A stretch of DNA of 64,000 bases from Octopus sinensis (taxonomy: Eukaryota). The stretch spans positions 1 through 64,000 of the forward strand of contig NW_021829853.1 of assembly GCF_006345805.1 (NCBI RefSeq), given 5' to 3'. Below the pieces are notes generated by a model that saw nothing but the letters and a program-made list of their open reading frames with translations, ran no database searches and was not told the origin of the DNA. The translations under genes and the position numbers were made by a program. Within the stretch, counting starts at the first letter, position 1; every line of letters starts with the position of its first letter. Below, in pieces: positions 1 through 13,281 of the stretch.

Positions 1-69
<69 letters not shown>

Positions 70-376
70 CATACACACACACCCATCTATATAGCTAGAT
101 AACTACGTGTCGATACCTACAACACAATCGATTTTTGCATCTACTTAACTTCTCTCCGTAATATCAAACTATCTATCTATATAGTTATGCACACACACAC
201 ACGCACAAGCACGCACATTTATATATACACACACATACATGCATATATATATATAGAGAGAGAGAGGGGGGAGTGAGGGGAAAGAGAGAGAGAGTGAGGG
301 GAAGAGAGAGAGATTTACATATATATATACATAAATGTATGTATATATATGTTTGTATATATATATGTGTGTGTGT

Positions 377-445
<69 letters not shown>
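1..445. repeat. Compound microsatellite (TA)n/(CA)n/(GA)n/(TG)n
   Basis: Dinucleotide runs directly visible. Confidence 0.95.
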
Positions 446-700
446 TTCCATAACTAGTGTTTAAAGGTTTTTTATAGTCGATTTAGCGAATATAGTGAAG
501 CAAGTTCCTGGTACTCGACTGTGTGAATCGGCAGCTGTAGCAGAGCTGCACAATATCAGAATCGTTGAATCACTCATTGAAGCTTATTTAAATGGTGCCT
601 GAAAAACGTAGTTTTTGCTTAAATTGCCCTGCGATGTATGAACACTCATCTCGGAATAGAGTGGGGACGGAAGTGACGCTGTGTCGAGGGGATAGGTGTA

Positions 701-757
<57 letters not shown>

Positions 758-959
758 TAGGTGGAAGCACTCCGTCGGTTACGACGACGAGGGTTCCGGT
801 TGATCCGATCAACGGAACAGCCTGCTCGTGAAATTAACGTGTAGTGGCTGAGCACTCCACAGACACGTGTACCCTTAACGCAGTTCTCGGGGATATTCAG
901 CGTGACACAGAGAGTGACAAGGCCGGCCTTTGAAATACAGGTACAACAGAAACAGGAGT

Positions 960-1131
960 AAGTGTGAGAGAAGTTTGTGTGGTGAAAAGGTTTACAGCAG
1001 GGATCACCACCATCCCTGCCGGAGCCTCGTGGAGTTTTAGGGTGTTTTCGCTCAATAAACACTCACAACGCCCGGGTCTGGGAATCGAAACCGCGAGTCC
1101 GCTGCCCTAACCACTGGGCCATTGCGCCTCC

Positions 1132-1132
<1 letters not shown>
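960..1132 (-). mobile_element. tRNA-derived SINE, 5' part (same family as 59706-60002)
   Basis: Minus strand starts TGGAGGCGCAATGGCCCAGTGGTTAG (A-box-like), then GGTTTCGATTCC (B-box-like); body matches 59706-60002. Confidence 0.8.
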
Positions 1133-1196
<64 letters not shown>

Positions 1197-1413
1197 CAAT
1201 AACAATAACAATGATAATAGTAGTAGTAATAATAATAATAGTTTGTGACATTGGCACAAGGCCACATGTAGGGGAATGTATTATTGGATTAGATGACTGG
1301 ATGTTATTCGTTAATTTTTCACTAAACCGATACAGCATGGTTTTGTTCCTTCTCTTCCTAGTCGTTGTTATTGCTTTGACACTAGACATAGAAAGTTCTA
1401 TGATGGTTGCAGT

Positions 1414-1470
<57 letters not shown>

Positions 1471-1492
1471 TAGTAGTAGTAGTAGTAGTAGT

Positions 1493-1552
<60 letters not shown>

Positions 1553-1576
1553 TGTTGTTGTTTTGTTGTAGTAGTA

Positions 1577-1632
<56 letters not shown>

Positions 1633-1645
1633 ATGATGATGATGA

Positions 1646-1993
1646 TAATCGATATAAACGTATCTTTCAAGACCTACCAAAAACTGAGCAAGTATAAAGA
1701 TCTTGAAATAGAAACTGGCAAAATGTGGAACCTGAAGACTAAAACAATACCTGTTGTCATAGGTGCCCTAGGAATGATAGCAAAAGGGGCTGATTGCTGC
1801 CTAGCTCAGATACCAGGAAACCTCAAAATGGCGGAAATTCAAAAGATAGTGCTCATGGGAACTGCCCATATCCTACGTAAAATACTGACTCTGTAATCTC
1901 ATTACACCAACATTAACTTCTAACTTGTCTCTAGACGTCTCTGGGTGAAACTTGGAGTCAACTTGTACGAATACAAACCAAAAGCCAAACATA
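1646..1993 (+). mobile_element. R4/Dong-like non-LTR retrotransposon 3' end (restriction-like endonuclease C-terminus + 3' UTR)
   Basis: IDINVSFKTYQKLSKYKDLEIE...IPVVIGALG...GTAHILRK; flanked by trinucleotide repeats; matches 15654-16600 and 27471-28030. Confidence 0.8.
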
Positions 1994-2061
<68 letters not shown>

Positions 2062-2080
2062 TATGTTTGACTTTTGCTTT

Positions 2081-2375
2081 ATGTCTGTACAAGTTGGCTC
2101 CAAGTCTCACCCAGAGACCTCAAGAGACAACAGGTTGGAAGTTCTGTGCCATATATTTGGGGGGGGGGGTTGTGTTGTACTAGTGAATGTCTAATACATA
2201 AAAAAATAAATAAATAAATAAAAAAGTTTGTTTTAACCTTGGGCTTACATAGAGAGTATTTTGCGTAGGATATGAGCAGTTCCCATGAGCACTATCTTTT
2301 GGATTTCTGCCATTTTGGGGTTTCTGGTATCTGAGTTAGGTAGCAATCAGTCCCTTTCGCTATCATTCCAGGGCT
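2081..2375 (-). mobile_element. R4/Dong-like LINE 3' end, tail-to-tail with the previous copy
   Basis: Reverse complement matches the ORF end and 3' UTR of the 1646-1993 copy; ends in (AAT)n. Confidence 0.8.
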
Positions 2376-2437
2376 ATTATTATTATTATTATAACTATTA
2401 TTATTATTATGATTATTATTATTATTATTATATTTCA

Positions 2438-2492
<55 letters not shown>

Positions 2493-2506
2493 AATATAAT
2501 AATAAT

Positions 2507-2573
<67 letters not shown>

Positions 2574-2599
2574 TAATAATAATAATAATATAATATAAT

Positions 2600-3151
2600 G
2601 ATGTCCTGATGCAGTACCAGGCAGTGGCTCTCATGGCTTCTGATCTTAACTGATTGGAAGTGTTATCATGTACATTGTTTTGTCTTGGTATAAAAGATGG
2701 GCTACAGCAAATATTCTGCTCAATACCACAGATTTGCTTGTCAGTTGTTTGACTTTAACCAGTTGAGCATGTCCCTTAGTGGCTGACGATATGTGCATCT
2801 CTGATCACGAGCAGAAGTAGTGAGGGAGCATCATAGCCATGTGTTGAGAGGGATTCTGGGGTTTGAATAATTCACCTTTGGAAACATGGGTGGTTCTTTC
2901 AACATCCTTAAACACCCTTAATCAGGGACCTTTTGAGCAGGATGGGCTACTCAACCTGAAGAAATTCTAACTGGGCCCCACCTGCAAGGTCATGTGCTGT
3001 TTATCTTGATATGAGATCACCATGTCGCGCACATATGGTTGTGATGCATGTGCCTGGTGTACCCTTATCAGACGGTTAGTCATGATGGGTATATTGGCTT
3101 CGTATATTTTACCCCAGTGTCACTTTGATGGCATGAACTGCTCTCTCACTC

Positions 3152-3153
<2 letters not shown>
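2600..3153 (+). mobile_element. ~550-bp non-coding interspersed repeat in (GAT)/(TAA) tracts
   Basis: Second copy, inverted, at 28088-28612 with the same two ends. Confidence 0.75.
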
Positions 3154-3227
<74 letters not shown>

Positions 3228-3760
3228 GTTGGCAAATTCATTATGTAAAAAGTAGGCAATTGGTCAAGACTAAATATGTGAAGACTAGGCAATAACTTAG
3301 GCAATGACTCAAGCATATATTACTGTGAATTTGTTGTTATAGGTAGGCTTTACTGTAATATATAACTAATTTTTGTATTATTATTCTATTTATTGTACTA
3401 ACTAATTATGTACTACTATTATTCTTTATAACCTATTTTCAAATTTCTGTTTATTAATTAAAATGAATTTTTTTGAAGTGCAAAAAATGTTTTAACTGGT
3501 CTTTTTATTATTTTGAATGGAAGTAATAAGTAACATTTTTAGTTTTAATAAAATCAAAATATTTTATTTGAAATTTAATCCTCAGCTGCAATATTTTAAG
3601 TAAAAATTTTCTTGTTCTGTACTTTACCAGATGTGATAACCTTCCTGAACTTTTCTAGGTTTATAATCTTAAGAATATTATTTCTCTGTCTCGCATTTTC
3701 CCGTGTAATATAAAATGTCTTGGTCATCTTTCTATCCACCTCTGGATTGAAATACATAAC

Positions 3761-3993
3761 CTATTTCTTTATTACCCACAAGGGGCTAAACATAGAGGGG
3801 ACAAACAAGGACAGACATAGGTATTAAGTCGATTACATCGACCCCAGTGCGTAACTGGTCCTTAATTTATCGACCCCGAAAGGATGAAAGGCAAAGTCGA
3901 CCTCGGCGGAATTTGAACTCACAACGTAACGGCAGACGAAATACGGCTACGCATTTTGCCCGGCGTGCTAACGTTTCTACCAGCTCGCCGCCT
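3761..3993 (-). mobile_element. Octopus-type tRNA-derived SINE (OK/OR-like family), full length
   Basis: Head GGCGGCGAGCTGG..., core GTCGACTTTGCCTTTCATCCTTTCGGGGTCGAT, tail ...AAAGAAATAG; many copies in the window. Confidence 0.85.
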
Positions 3994-6216
3994 TCAATTT
4001 GTCTACTTGTATTGGGACGATGTTAACCTCCAAGCTTTTTTAAAGTTTTTATATTAACACACCTGTATCCAGGGTCTTTCACCGTATGCTCGATTGTGTC
4101 TGCTTCTGGTTGCCGGAGCAATCTGGGCTCTATTCAATTATTTCTGTTTCCTCTTCAAATCATCCTCGCCTTCCAAAGAATACGCAATCCACCAATGGAT
4201 AACAAAACTGGGTCGTCAGTTGCAACGACAGTGGTCAAAAAGTCTTGAATCTGGATGTGGTGGTGGTGGTGGTGGACGTGGCGGAGCTATTGTTGTTAAG
4301 GATAATAATAGCTTTACTGACTGTCCCTGTTTCGATGGTGATGGCATGGGAGTGTTAATAGTGGTAGGGTGGGGGATGGCTAGTGTTGTAATTGCTTCTA
4401 ATTATCAATATCTTTTTTTTTAATCTTAGTACCGTTGTTATTTTCCTTCTCATTGCTTTTGCTGTTTTCGCTGGTGATAATGTTGTTACTAGCGGTGATA
4501 GTATTGTTGTTGTTGTTGTTGCTGTTTTGGCCATCGTCACTTTTACTCTCTTCCAAAGAAAATGTTAAATAAAGGAAGTCGTTTTCATTGAATTGGTGGG
4601 ATTTGGGTCACTAACTCGTCCTACTGGAACTGGGTTCTTTTAAACATTCCCGAAAGTACTTCCTTTGTCGGACAGGGAAACACGTATCCAGCATTCCCTA
4701 GAAATACCTGTTACAGATTTGTGAGTCTCTTGAAATACAACCCTGAATCCCCTTCGTCGTACAGCACATCGCCATCATGTTTATACGTCAGAACCCATAG
4801 CTTTGAACTCTGGCTCACATTGCTTAATCGCTCAATTGGTTTTCCTCGGAGCTGCGAGAACAACAGTAGCAACGGCCAAAATTTTTACCCCTCAGAAGCC
4901 TAGCCTTGCTGCTGCTGTCTCTGCTGCTGCCTCTGCTGCTGTCTGCTACCCCTCTTATTATTCCACTTTTCCGCTTCTTCTAGGTACCAATCCTCAAACA
5001 GTTTTTAATTATCACACACATACTAAGGGGTCACTGCTCCGACACGCCAATCTCTCAAACCTCCTTTCTGCACCTTCAATATGGTAAATATCTTGGATAT
5101 TCATGTTTTCACAAAGACCATCAAATCTTAGAGTCCTTTTCAGACCATATTCTGACCCCATATTACGCGTCGCCGGCGCGCTCACCGCGTGCCCGTAATG
5201 TTGCTTAAATGTGACGGCAAACCAAGTGGCAACATCCGAAACAATATCCCTGGCTGTGGTTGTTGTATTCCTTGTACCATAGCACCAACCCGTAGACAGA
5301 CGCATGATGCACCGGTTCTGTCTGTCCTTTTGCCTGAAACAGACGCACCCTTTTATATACCTCATCGTAGATGATGGAGCACACGTCCTACCACGCACCG
5401 AACAGAGAATCTTCTCACTCTTCTCATCCAAAGGCATATGAAATCCTTTCCAGCTGGTTAAAAAGTAAATGTATGTCACCATTTTTTCCTCGTCCATTCC
5501 TGGATAAATCGCTCGAGTCGGGATACTCTGTCTTTCTCAGCCTGACTCATCCATATCTTCCGTTTACTCTTCAGTTTGATCACATCGAAGAGATTTTAAC
5601 AACAACATCATTAACAAAATATGAAATCTGTTTTTGTTTCTGTTGTTGCTGTTGTCACCTTCTATGCTGGCTGTATTAGTTACACTGATGTTTTTCTCCT
5701 TCAAATTAATATATTTAACACTCTTATTGGTTGTATTTTCCGTTGGGCAACTGTAAGCTTTATTTAATTTTTCACATTGTTTGGGTTCTTTTTCTTTTAA
5801 ATCTGTTTATATGTTCCGAAATACTTGGAGTGGAGCTTGTTTATGTTATTAATTCCTATTGTACTACTGTATCCTTATTGAGACCACTTCTACAGCCACT
5901 GTAGCGAGAACTTCCCCTTGCAACATCTGAGTTGCTCAGCTAAATATTACAAATAGCCGATGGTAGAAATATATTTTTATCGAGACTCTCGTTGGTATAA
6001 CGCCACCAAACACAAACCTTTTCGTCCAAATAATTCTGGAAAAACTCACCTCCTAAACGAGGCTCTGTAAACATGTGTATCGACGGCAGACGACAACTAT
6101 AATATTCATAAATCAAACACACACACACATTATGTTATATTATATTATGATACATTATATTAAGATATATATACCTACACACACACATACACTCTCACAC
6201 ACATATATATACATAT

Positions 6217-6319
<103 letters not shown>

Positions 6320-6340
6320 ATATGTGTATGTATATATATA

Positions 6341-6422
<82 letters not shown>

Positions 6423-7780
6423 TACAGCTCATTAAAAGCAGCGTACAACAAAAAAGTATGAATAATAAAAACATAAATTTTGTCTTTTTTTTTCCAGTCC
6501 ATAAAACTGTTTACACAGCTCACATGAGTGAAATGATTTGCGCTTCAAACTAGAAAATCTTGGTAATCCAAGCAGAAAGTGAAAGTGGGTTTGCATCAAA
6601 TCATGGCGTCCGAACAAACATAATGACGCGGAAAGACGTTCAGTGTGTTTGTGTTGACCACTGAAGCAAATGACCAACAACAATGACAGAATCGACAGCG
6701 ATATTGCAATGGTGACAGCAGCAACAGCAACAAGTCTGAAAATCTACATACCCCAACGCCGTGCCTGGACGCAGGATTCAATTTGCGCTCGCGCAAATTG
6801 AAGAGCGCGCGCACACACACATACACACATTGATACGAATGAATAAGAGTTAATAATGATAATACTGGAAATATCAACATGTGTTTATGAAGTAACAATT
6901 ATAGAGCGCCGGACTAAATAATCTAAATACTTTCATCCGTTGTCTCCCCAGTTCAAATGCCTCCGATGTCTGCTCTTTGTCCCTTCTACGACATGAGAAC
7001 CAGTTATTATTGGAATCGATTCAACTGAATATCCGTCTTCTAGCTAAAGTACTATTATGAATTTCTAGGGTGGCGGACTAACAGAATCGTTACTCGTCGG
7101 AGAAAATTCTTAGCTGCGTTTCTTCCGACTCTTCTGAGTTCGAAATTCTGCCGAGGTTAACTTTGCCTTTCATCCTTCCGGGTGGACAAAATAAAATTTA
7201 CCAGCTGGGTTCGTTAGATGCCTTGCAAACAACTTGCATATGCAAGTGCTGCCAGTCAAAAACTCCGCATACCGGAAGCCAGCAAGTGTATGGGGTCATC
7301 AGGAGAGAATGCGCGCCATTTCGGGGCCTACCTCTCGACGGCATCAATGCGCACCGGACCCCCTCACTGATATGAGGCCCCGCTTGCTAGATCAGTTTAT
7401 AATCGATTAGCGCACTACCCTTATGATTGAAATTATTATTATGGATTTCTGACATAGACTTGAAACCATAAAAGTTAGAAGATGAAGTAATTATATCGAC
7501 TCCGATAAGTGATAAGTAATAATGATTCTGTTAGGATGAAAGGCGAAGTTAATCTCCGCAGGATTCGAACTCACAATGTAGACGGCTGTAACTAAATATT
7601 CGAGGCATTTTAACCCATAATCTATCATAACTGTCAATGTAGCAACAACTTCTGAGCAAAAAGTCATTATTAAAATTATTTGAAACAAGTTACCGCATTG
7701 ACGCAGAAAACCCACCTCCTCAAGACACACAGACATGACATGTAACACACGCACGCACGCACTTATTACACGTACACACA

Positions 7781-7816
<36 letters not shown>

Positions 7817-8019
7817 ACACACACACACACACACACACGCAATTCTTTCAATAATGGGAAATCTTAGAAATATTAGCATTTGCTGATAAAGCAGGAGAAA
7901 TATTGGATCCATTCTTCATAACACCTCTTTACATTAAACTTTATTCCACTTCTTCTCAACAACTGGTCGCCGTTACTAACAGAAAATAGCTTGTCAATCA
8001 ACATCTCATATATGCGTAT

Positions 8020-8176
8020 GAGTGGCTGTGTGGTAAGTAGCTTGCTTACGAGCCACATGTTTCCGGGTTCAGTCTCACTGCGTGGCACCTTGAGCAAGTG
8101 TCTTCTACTATAGCCTCGGGCCAACCAAATCCTTGTGAGTGGATTTGGTAGACGGAAACTGAAAGAAGCCCGTCGT
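8020..8176 (+). mobile_element. Second tRNA-derived SINE family, 5' part
   Basis: GAGTGGCTGTGTGGTAAGTAGCTTGCT...GGGTTCAGTC; matches 51030-51131 and 54758-55171. Confidence 0.8.
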
Positions 8177-8206
8177 ATATATATATATATGTGTGTGTGT
8201 ATGTGT

Positions 8207-8244
<38 letters not shown>

Positions 8245-8488
8245 TGTGTGTGTGTTTGTCCCCAAGGAAAAACTAAGCTAAGAGCATTAGATTCCTTGGA
8301 AAAAAGCAAATAATAATAATAACAGGACATAACAACAGGCATCTTTGGTGGGGAAGCAAAACTTGGAGTATTTTGGAAGCCTTATTTTTCATATATTCCT
8401 GAGAGTAAATGCTAAAAATATTGTTTTCTATTTCATGGTGGAGGTATATAGTGTTAATTTAAACAGAAGTTCCAGTCGTGCGATCTAA

Positions 8489-9050
8489 CATGTCCGCTTA
8501 AGAAGCGAAGAGACAACGCATTGCAGATTTGCTTCATGCCGGGGTTGTTATAAGACGTATGGCTCAGACTGTTGGGGCCTCTGTGAGCACTGTCTACAAC
8601 GTTAATAACCGAATGCTGGATATCGTAGGCATCAAGAGAAAGCAAGGAAGTGAAGACATAAACAAAAAACGGGATAATCCATTTCTTAAATCTCTCAAAG
8701 CCAAAATTTCAAAAGACACAACAACATCCATGAGAAAACTGTTCATGGACATGAAAGTTGATCCAAAGACCATCAGAAATGCAGTACACACTAATTTACA
8801 TTTGGGGGTCATATGTGAGGAACCCGAGACACCTATTGACTCATGCAATCAAAGCCAAAAGGTATGACAGGACCAAAAAGTGTTGCGACACCTGAAGCAA
8901 AATGGACAAACTATCAAAATCTTTCTAGATGAAAATATCTTCTCCGTTGATACTGTTTCAAAACGTCACAATGATTGATACATTGCTAAGTCACTTTCTG
9001 GAGTAAAGGGCGTCTTTAGGACCAAGACCCCAACTCAAGTCATGATACTG
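8489..9050 (+). mobile_element. Degenerate IS630-Tc1-mariner transposase fragment (maT/DD37D-like)
   Basis: HTH-like N-terminus (KRQRIADLLHAG...VSTVYNV) and first catalytic Asp region IFLDENIFSVD...RHND; stops and frameshifts; cut off by SINE sequence. Confidence 0.75.
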
Positions 9051-9130
9051 CGAGACGAAATACCGCGAAGTATTTCGCCCGGCGTGCTAACGATTCTGCT
9101 AGCTCGCCAACTTTTGTAATATATAATATT

Positions 9131-9361
9131 TATTTCTTTATTGCCCATAATGGGCTAAACATAGAGGGGACAAACAAGGATAGACTATGGGATTAAGTCG
9201 ATTACATCGACCCCGGTGCATAACTGGTACTTATTTAATCGACCCCGAAAGGATGAAAGGCAAAGTCGACCTCGGCGGAATTTGAACTGAGAACGTATCG
9301 GCAGACGAAATATCGCTAAGCATTTCGCCCGGTGTGCTAACGATTCTGCCAGCTCGCCGCC
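9131..9361 (-). mobile_element. OK/OR-like SINE, full length
   Basis: Near-identical to 3761-3993. Confidence 0.85.
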
Positions 9362-9715
9362 CTTTGCACTATATAATATTGATATATTAGTTTATGATAT
9401 TAATTCATCTCAATTTTAGTCTTGTTACATAAATGTTAAAATTCGTTGTGTAGCATTAAAGGTGGGAACAGTGAAAGGCATCAACACCATTTATGACTGT
9501 TACTTATTTTATCAAACCTCTTCCCACAAGGATGGTTAGCCATGGTGGAGGTTGAACTCAGAACCTAGAGCAGTGGTGATCCGCAATGGATGTGGATAAA
9601 CGCGTCACCAAAAAAATAAACTCATATTTTAAAAACAAAAAAAGGAATTAAAAAAACCTACTGAAGTTTCATTTTTCATTTTTTTTTAATTAAGTAAATG
9701 CTTAATTTCAAATTG

Positions 9716-9798
<83 letters not shown>

Positions 9799-10093
9799 GA
9801 AATGAGGTACTCAGAAAATCCGATTTTCTGAGTTCCTCATTTCTTCTAATATAAAATACCTGTACATCATCTCCAAACCTTCCAATATATATATATATCT
9901 ACATATACATACATATATATATATATATATATACATATATATATGTATATATATATATATATCACGTGACCGACCAGTCCATCAGATGTAGTTACACATC
10001 ACTGGTCACAATGCGTTCGCATTGTTTTAGCCTTCGAATGACGCCACCCCGCTGGCTAAGCGAGGTGGCCAATATATATATATATATTATATA

Positions 10094-10152
<59 letters not shown>

Positions 10153-10192
10153 ATATGTATATATATATATTTATTTATTTATTATATAGAAG

Positions 10193-10244
10193 GAGCTTCT
10201 ACAGGACTAGAACTGTTTCATCAAGAGAAATCATCAGGAAGCTC
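10193..10244 (-). ncRNA. Type I hammerhead ribozyme motif
   Basis: GAGCTTC-CTGATGA-TTTCTCTTGAT-GAAA-CAGTTCTAGTCCTG-TA-GAAGCTC: 7-bp stem I, intact core, 4-bp stem III, GUA site, weak stem II. Confidence 0.7.
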
Positions 10245-10306
10245 ATTTACTGTGGTTAACCCCGAATCAACCCGGGACCTACATATATATAATATATAAT
10301 ATATAT

Positions 10307-10396
<90 letters not shown>

Positions 10397-10569
10397 TGTA
10401 TGTATGTATGTATATAGTAGACTAAGAAATAGAAAGTCCTGAGTACAACATTATACATTTGAAAATGGCTTTTCTGATAAATTTCTCATTTCAATGATTA
10501 AATGTTAACAAATGCTGACTGGTAGAGTTTGTTATCCACTGTGTAGGTAGCGCTGATTAAACACACACA

Positions 10570-10617
<48 letters not shown>

Positions 10618-10625
10618 ACAACACA

Positions 10626-10656
<31 letters not shown>

Positions 10657-11816
10657 CACGTGAGTGTGTTTTAAAATATATATTTTTTAATACTCATTTT
10701 TTACTTTAAACACAAAGTGAGCCAGTTAGCCGCCAAAGTACTTATATTCACTTCGCGAGCGAAACCAAGTTTAATAATCCCCAACCTAGAAGCTCCACTT
10801 AACCTACAGAAAGCATTTAAGCTGACAAGCTGTCGTTCTTCCATCGCATGTTCACTGTAATATTATATAACTTCTGAATATTATCGTCTTTCGTTGCAAT
10901 ATGTTAGAACGTAGACAATGTGAGAACTTTGATGAGGCAATGAGAATTATATTACGTGATAGACAGATATCGCTAGGTACGTCGCTGGATGCTTTCTTTC
11001 TATTTAATATAGTTATTGACAAAATTGTGTGCGAGTCAGAACATGTTAAAACTGTGTCTTCTTATCGGTGTTTCATTTAAAGACAAAGTAATGAACAACG
11101 GGAAGATAAATGAAGAAAAATAAAAGAGGGGCACTAATTCAAGCTTTGTTTTGTCTTATTTTGTGTGGGAAGATAAAATACGGACGGAAACTGCGTAGTT
11201 TCATCGATTTTCCATTAAATTATTGAAAACATAAATTATTGATCGGTTGATCATTTCAGGAGCGATTGTTGATTAAGTGTTTTTTTATATCATCAGAAAG
11301 TTTATCGACAAGTCGCATCCTAGGTGGGGTGGCCACCCACCTGACGTTGCATATATCGGGTCGTAATGAGCAGACTGCGATTAAATGAGAAATGTTTGTC
11401 TCATTCCAAAATGCTTAGTTTTTAGCTTGCTTTTTTTCTCTTTTAGTCAGAAGCGAATGCGGTGCCTTGAATCCATTACAGGGCGTTCGAGACTGGTGGA
11501 AGGAAGGAAGGAAAGGAGGGAAAAAAATCTGCTTCCGGTGCTGTGTGCCTGCATATTAAACACATTCCTGGCAACTTGTATGCTAATTGGTTTATCCAAC
11601 AGTGTTACACTGCTAAACTCAGTGTGTATTTAACCAATGTATTCGTGGTTGATTAATGGGGTCGAAAGGTGTTACTGAAGAAAGAGCAATAACTCCTGAA
11701 ATATACATATATACCCATTATCTATTTTTTGTATCTTTGATGACATTATTTACATAGACGTATTCGTATACGAAACATCGTAACTTTCAGTGCTGGCTCG
11801 GAATACTATAGAAAAC

Positions 11817-12052
11817 GTACGTACGTACGTACGTACGTACGTACGTACGTATGTATGTATGTATGTATGTATGTATGTATGTATGTATGTATGTATGTAT
11901 GTATGTATGTATGTATGTATGTATGTATGTATGTATGTATGTATGTATGTATGTATGTATGTATGTATGTATGTATGTATGTATGTATGTATGTATGTAT
12001 GTATGTATGTATGTATGTATGTATGTATGTATGTATGTATGTATGTATGTAT
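11817..12052. repeat. (CGTA)n grading into (TGTA)n tetranucleotide microsatellite
   Basis: Directly visible. Confidence 0.95.
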
Positions 12053-12824
12053 GGTTTGTATGTATGTATGGTTTGTGTATGGTCCACATGTGTAATTTAC
12101 ATGTACATGTGGTGTATACGATGGCAGAATCTCATATGTAACATAGTTGAAAAACTTTGACTTAATGAAATTATCCATACAATTATTATTAGACAAAAAT
12201 CCCTCTAGGAAGTCTAAAAATCTAAAAACAAGGGGGATTACTCGAAATAAGATCAGTTAAAGGAAATTTGCGGAAAATATGCATAATACAGGTCGGTGTA
12301 ATCTTATCGTTAAAGCTAACTGCCGAATACAACAGAGTTGTTCCTGCATTATTAGACCTTCTCAGTGAAGGTTAGTTCACTCAGTTTTGGAGATCCCCAA
12401 GTAATTAGTGGGTGTAGAAATAGATGTAATATAGTGAGTAATATTAAAAATAAATATCGACAATAAGACTGAGGAGGAAATACCTCAAGAGATTTTCCCA
12501 TATACTAATCATACACAAGGTAGAATCTCACCTGCGTAAAATAAAGGTGGTGGGAAGACTTTGAGCAATTACGATTATCCATTCAATTCGTAAACAATTA
12601 GAAAGTCAATAATAAATCTCTGGGCGAGATATAAACAGTAACTGCTCTATAACATAAGAGGAATCAGCCATCTGAATGTGGCTAGGGTCAGGGCGGGGTG
12701 GTGGGGGTGTTACTGATGCATTTAGCCCCAGGCGAACATCGACGTCACCAGAAGAGCTGACACCATCTCGGTGTCCTTGCCAGCCAGCAAAGGGAGATCC
12801 GCCTCCCCGAAGATACAGATACTA

Positions 12825-12867
12825 CACACGGACCGGTTTCGAGGTTATTGCCTCTTGTCAACGTATG
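12825..12867 (-). ncRNA. Type I hammerhead ribozyme, U3-A8 core variant
   Basis: CATACG-TTGACAA-GAGG caataa CCTC-GAAA-CCGG-TC-CGTGTG: 6-bp stem I, 4-bp stem II, palindromic stem III ACCGGU, GUC site. Confidence 0.75.
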
Positions 12868-13238
12868 GTAAGCACCGCTCTTCGTTGAGGGACTCCCTCT
12901 ACCGGCTGGATATATATAGATTTTCACAGTAACCACAGTCACTGGCGTCGAAAATCTGTTCGAAAACAATAATAAATCTCTAGGCGAGATATAAACAGTA
13001 ACGTCGATGTTCGCCTGGGGCTAAATGCATCAGTAACACCCCCACCACCCCGCCCTGACCCTAGCCACATTCAGATGGCTGATCTCTCTTATGTTATAGA
13101 GCAGTTACTGTTTATATCTCACCCAGAGATTTATTATTGTTTTCGAACAGATTTTCGACGCCAGTGACTGTGGTTACTGTGAAAATCTATATATATCCAG
13201 CCGGTAGAGGGAGTCCCTCAACGAAGAGCGGTGCTTAC

Positions 13239-13281
13239 CATACGTTGACAAGAAGCAATAACCTCGAAACCGGTCCGTGTG
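13239..13281 (+). ncRNA. Type I hammerhead ribozyme, U3-A8 core variant (second copy)
   Basis: Same as 12825-12867 with one A.C mismatch in stem II. Confidence 0.7.

Noticed and set aside
2783-2789. CTGACGA/CTGATGA conserved in both copies of the 550-bp element
   Set aside because: No nearby GAAA with stem II/III and no complementary stem I.
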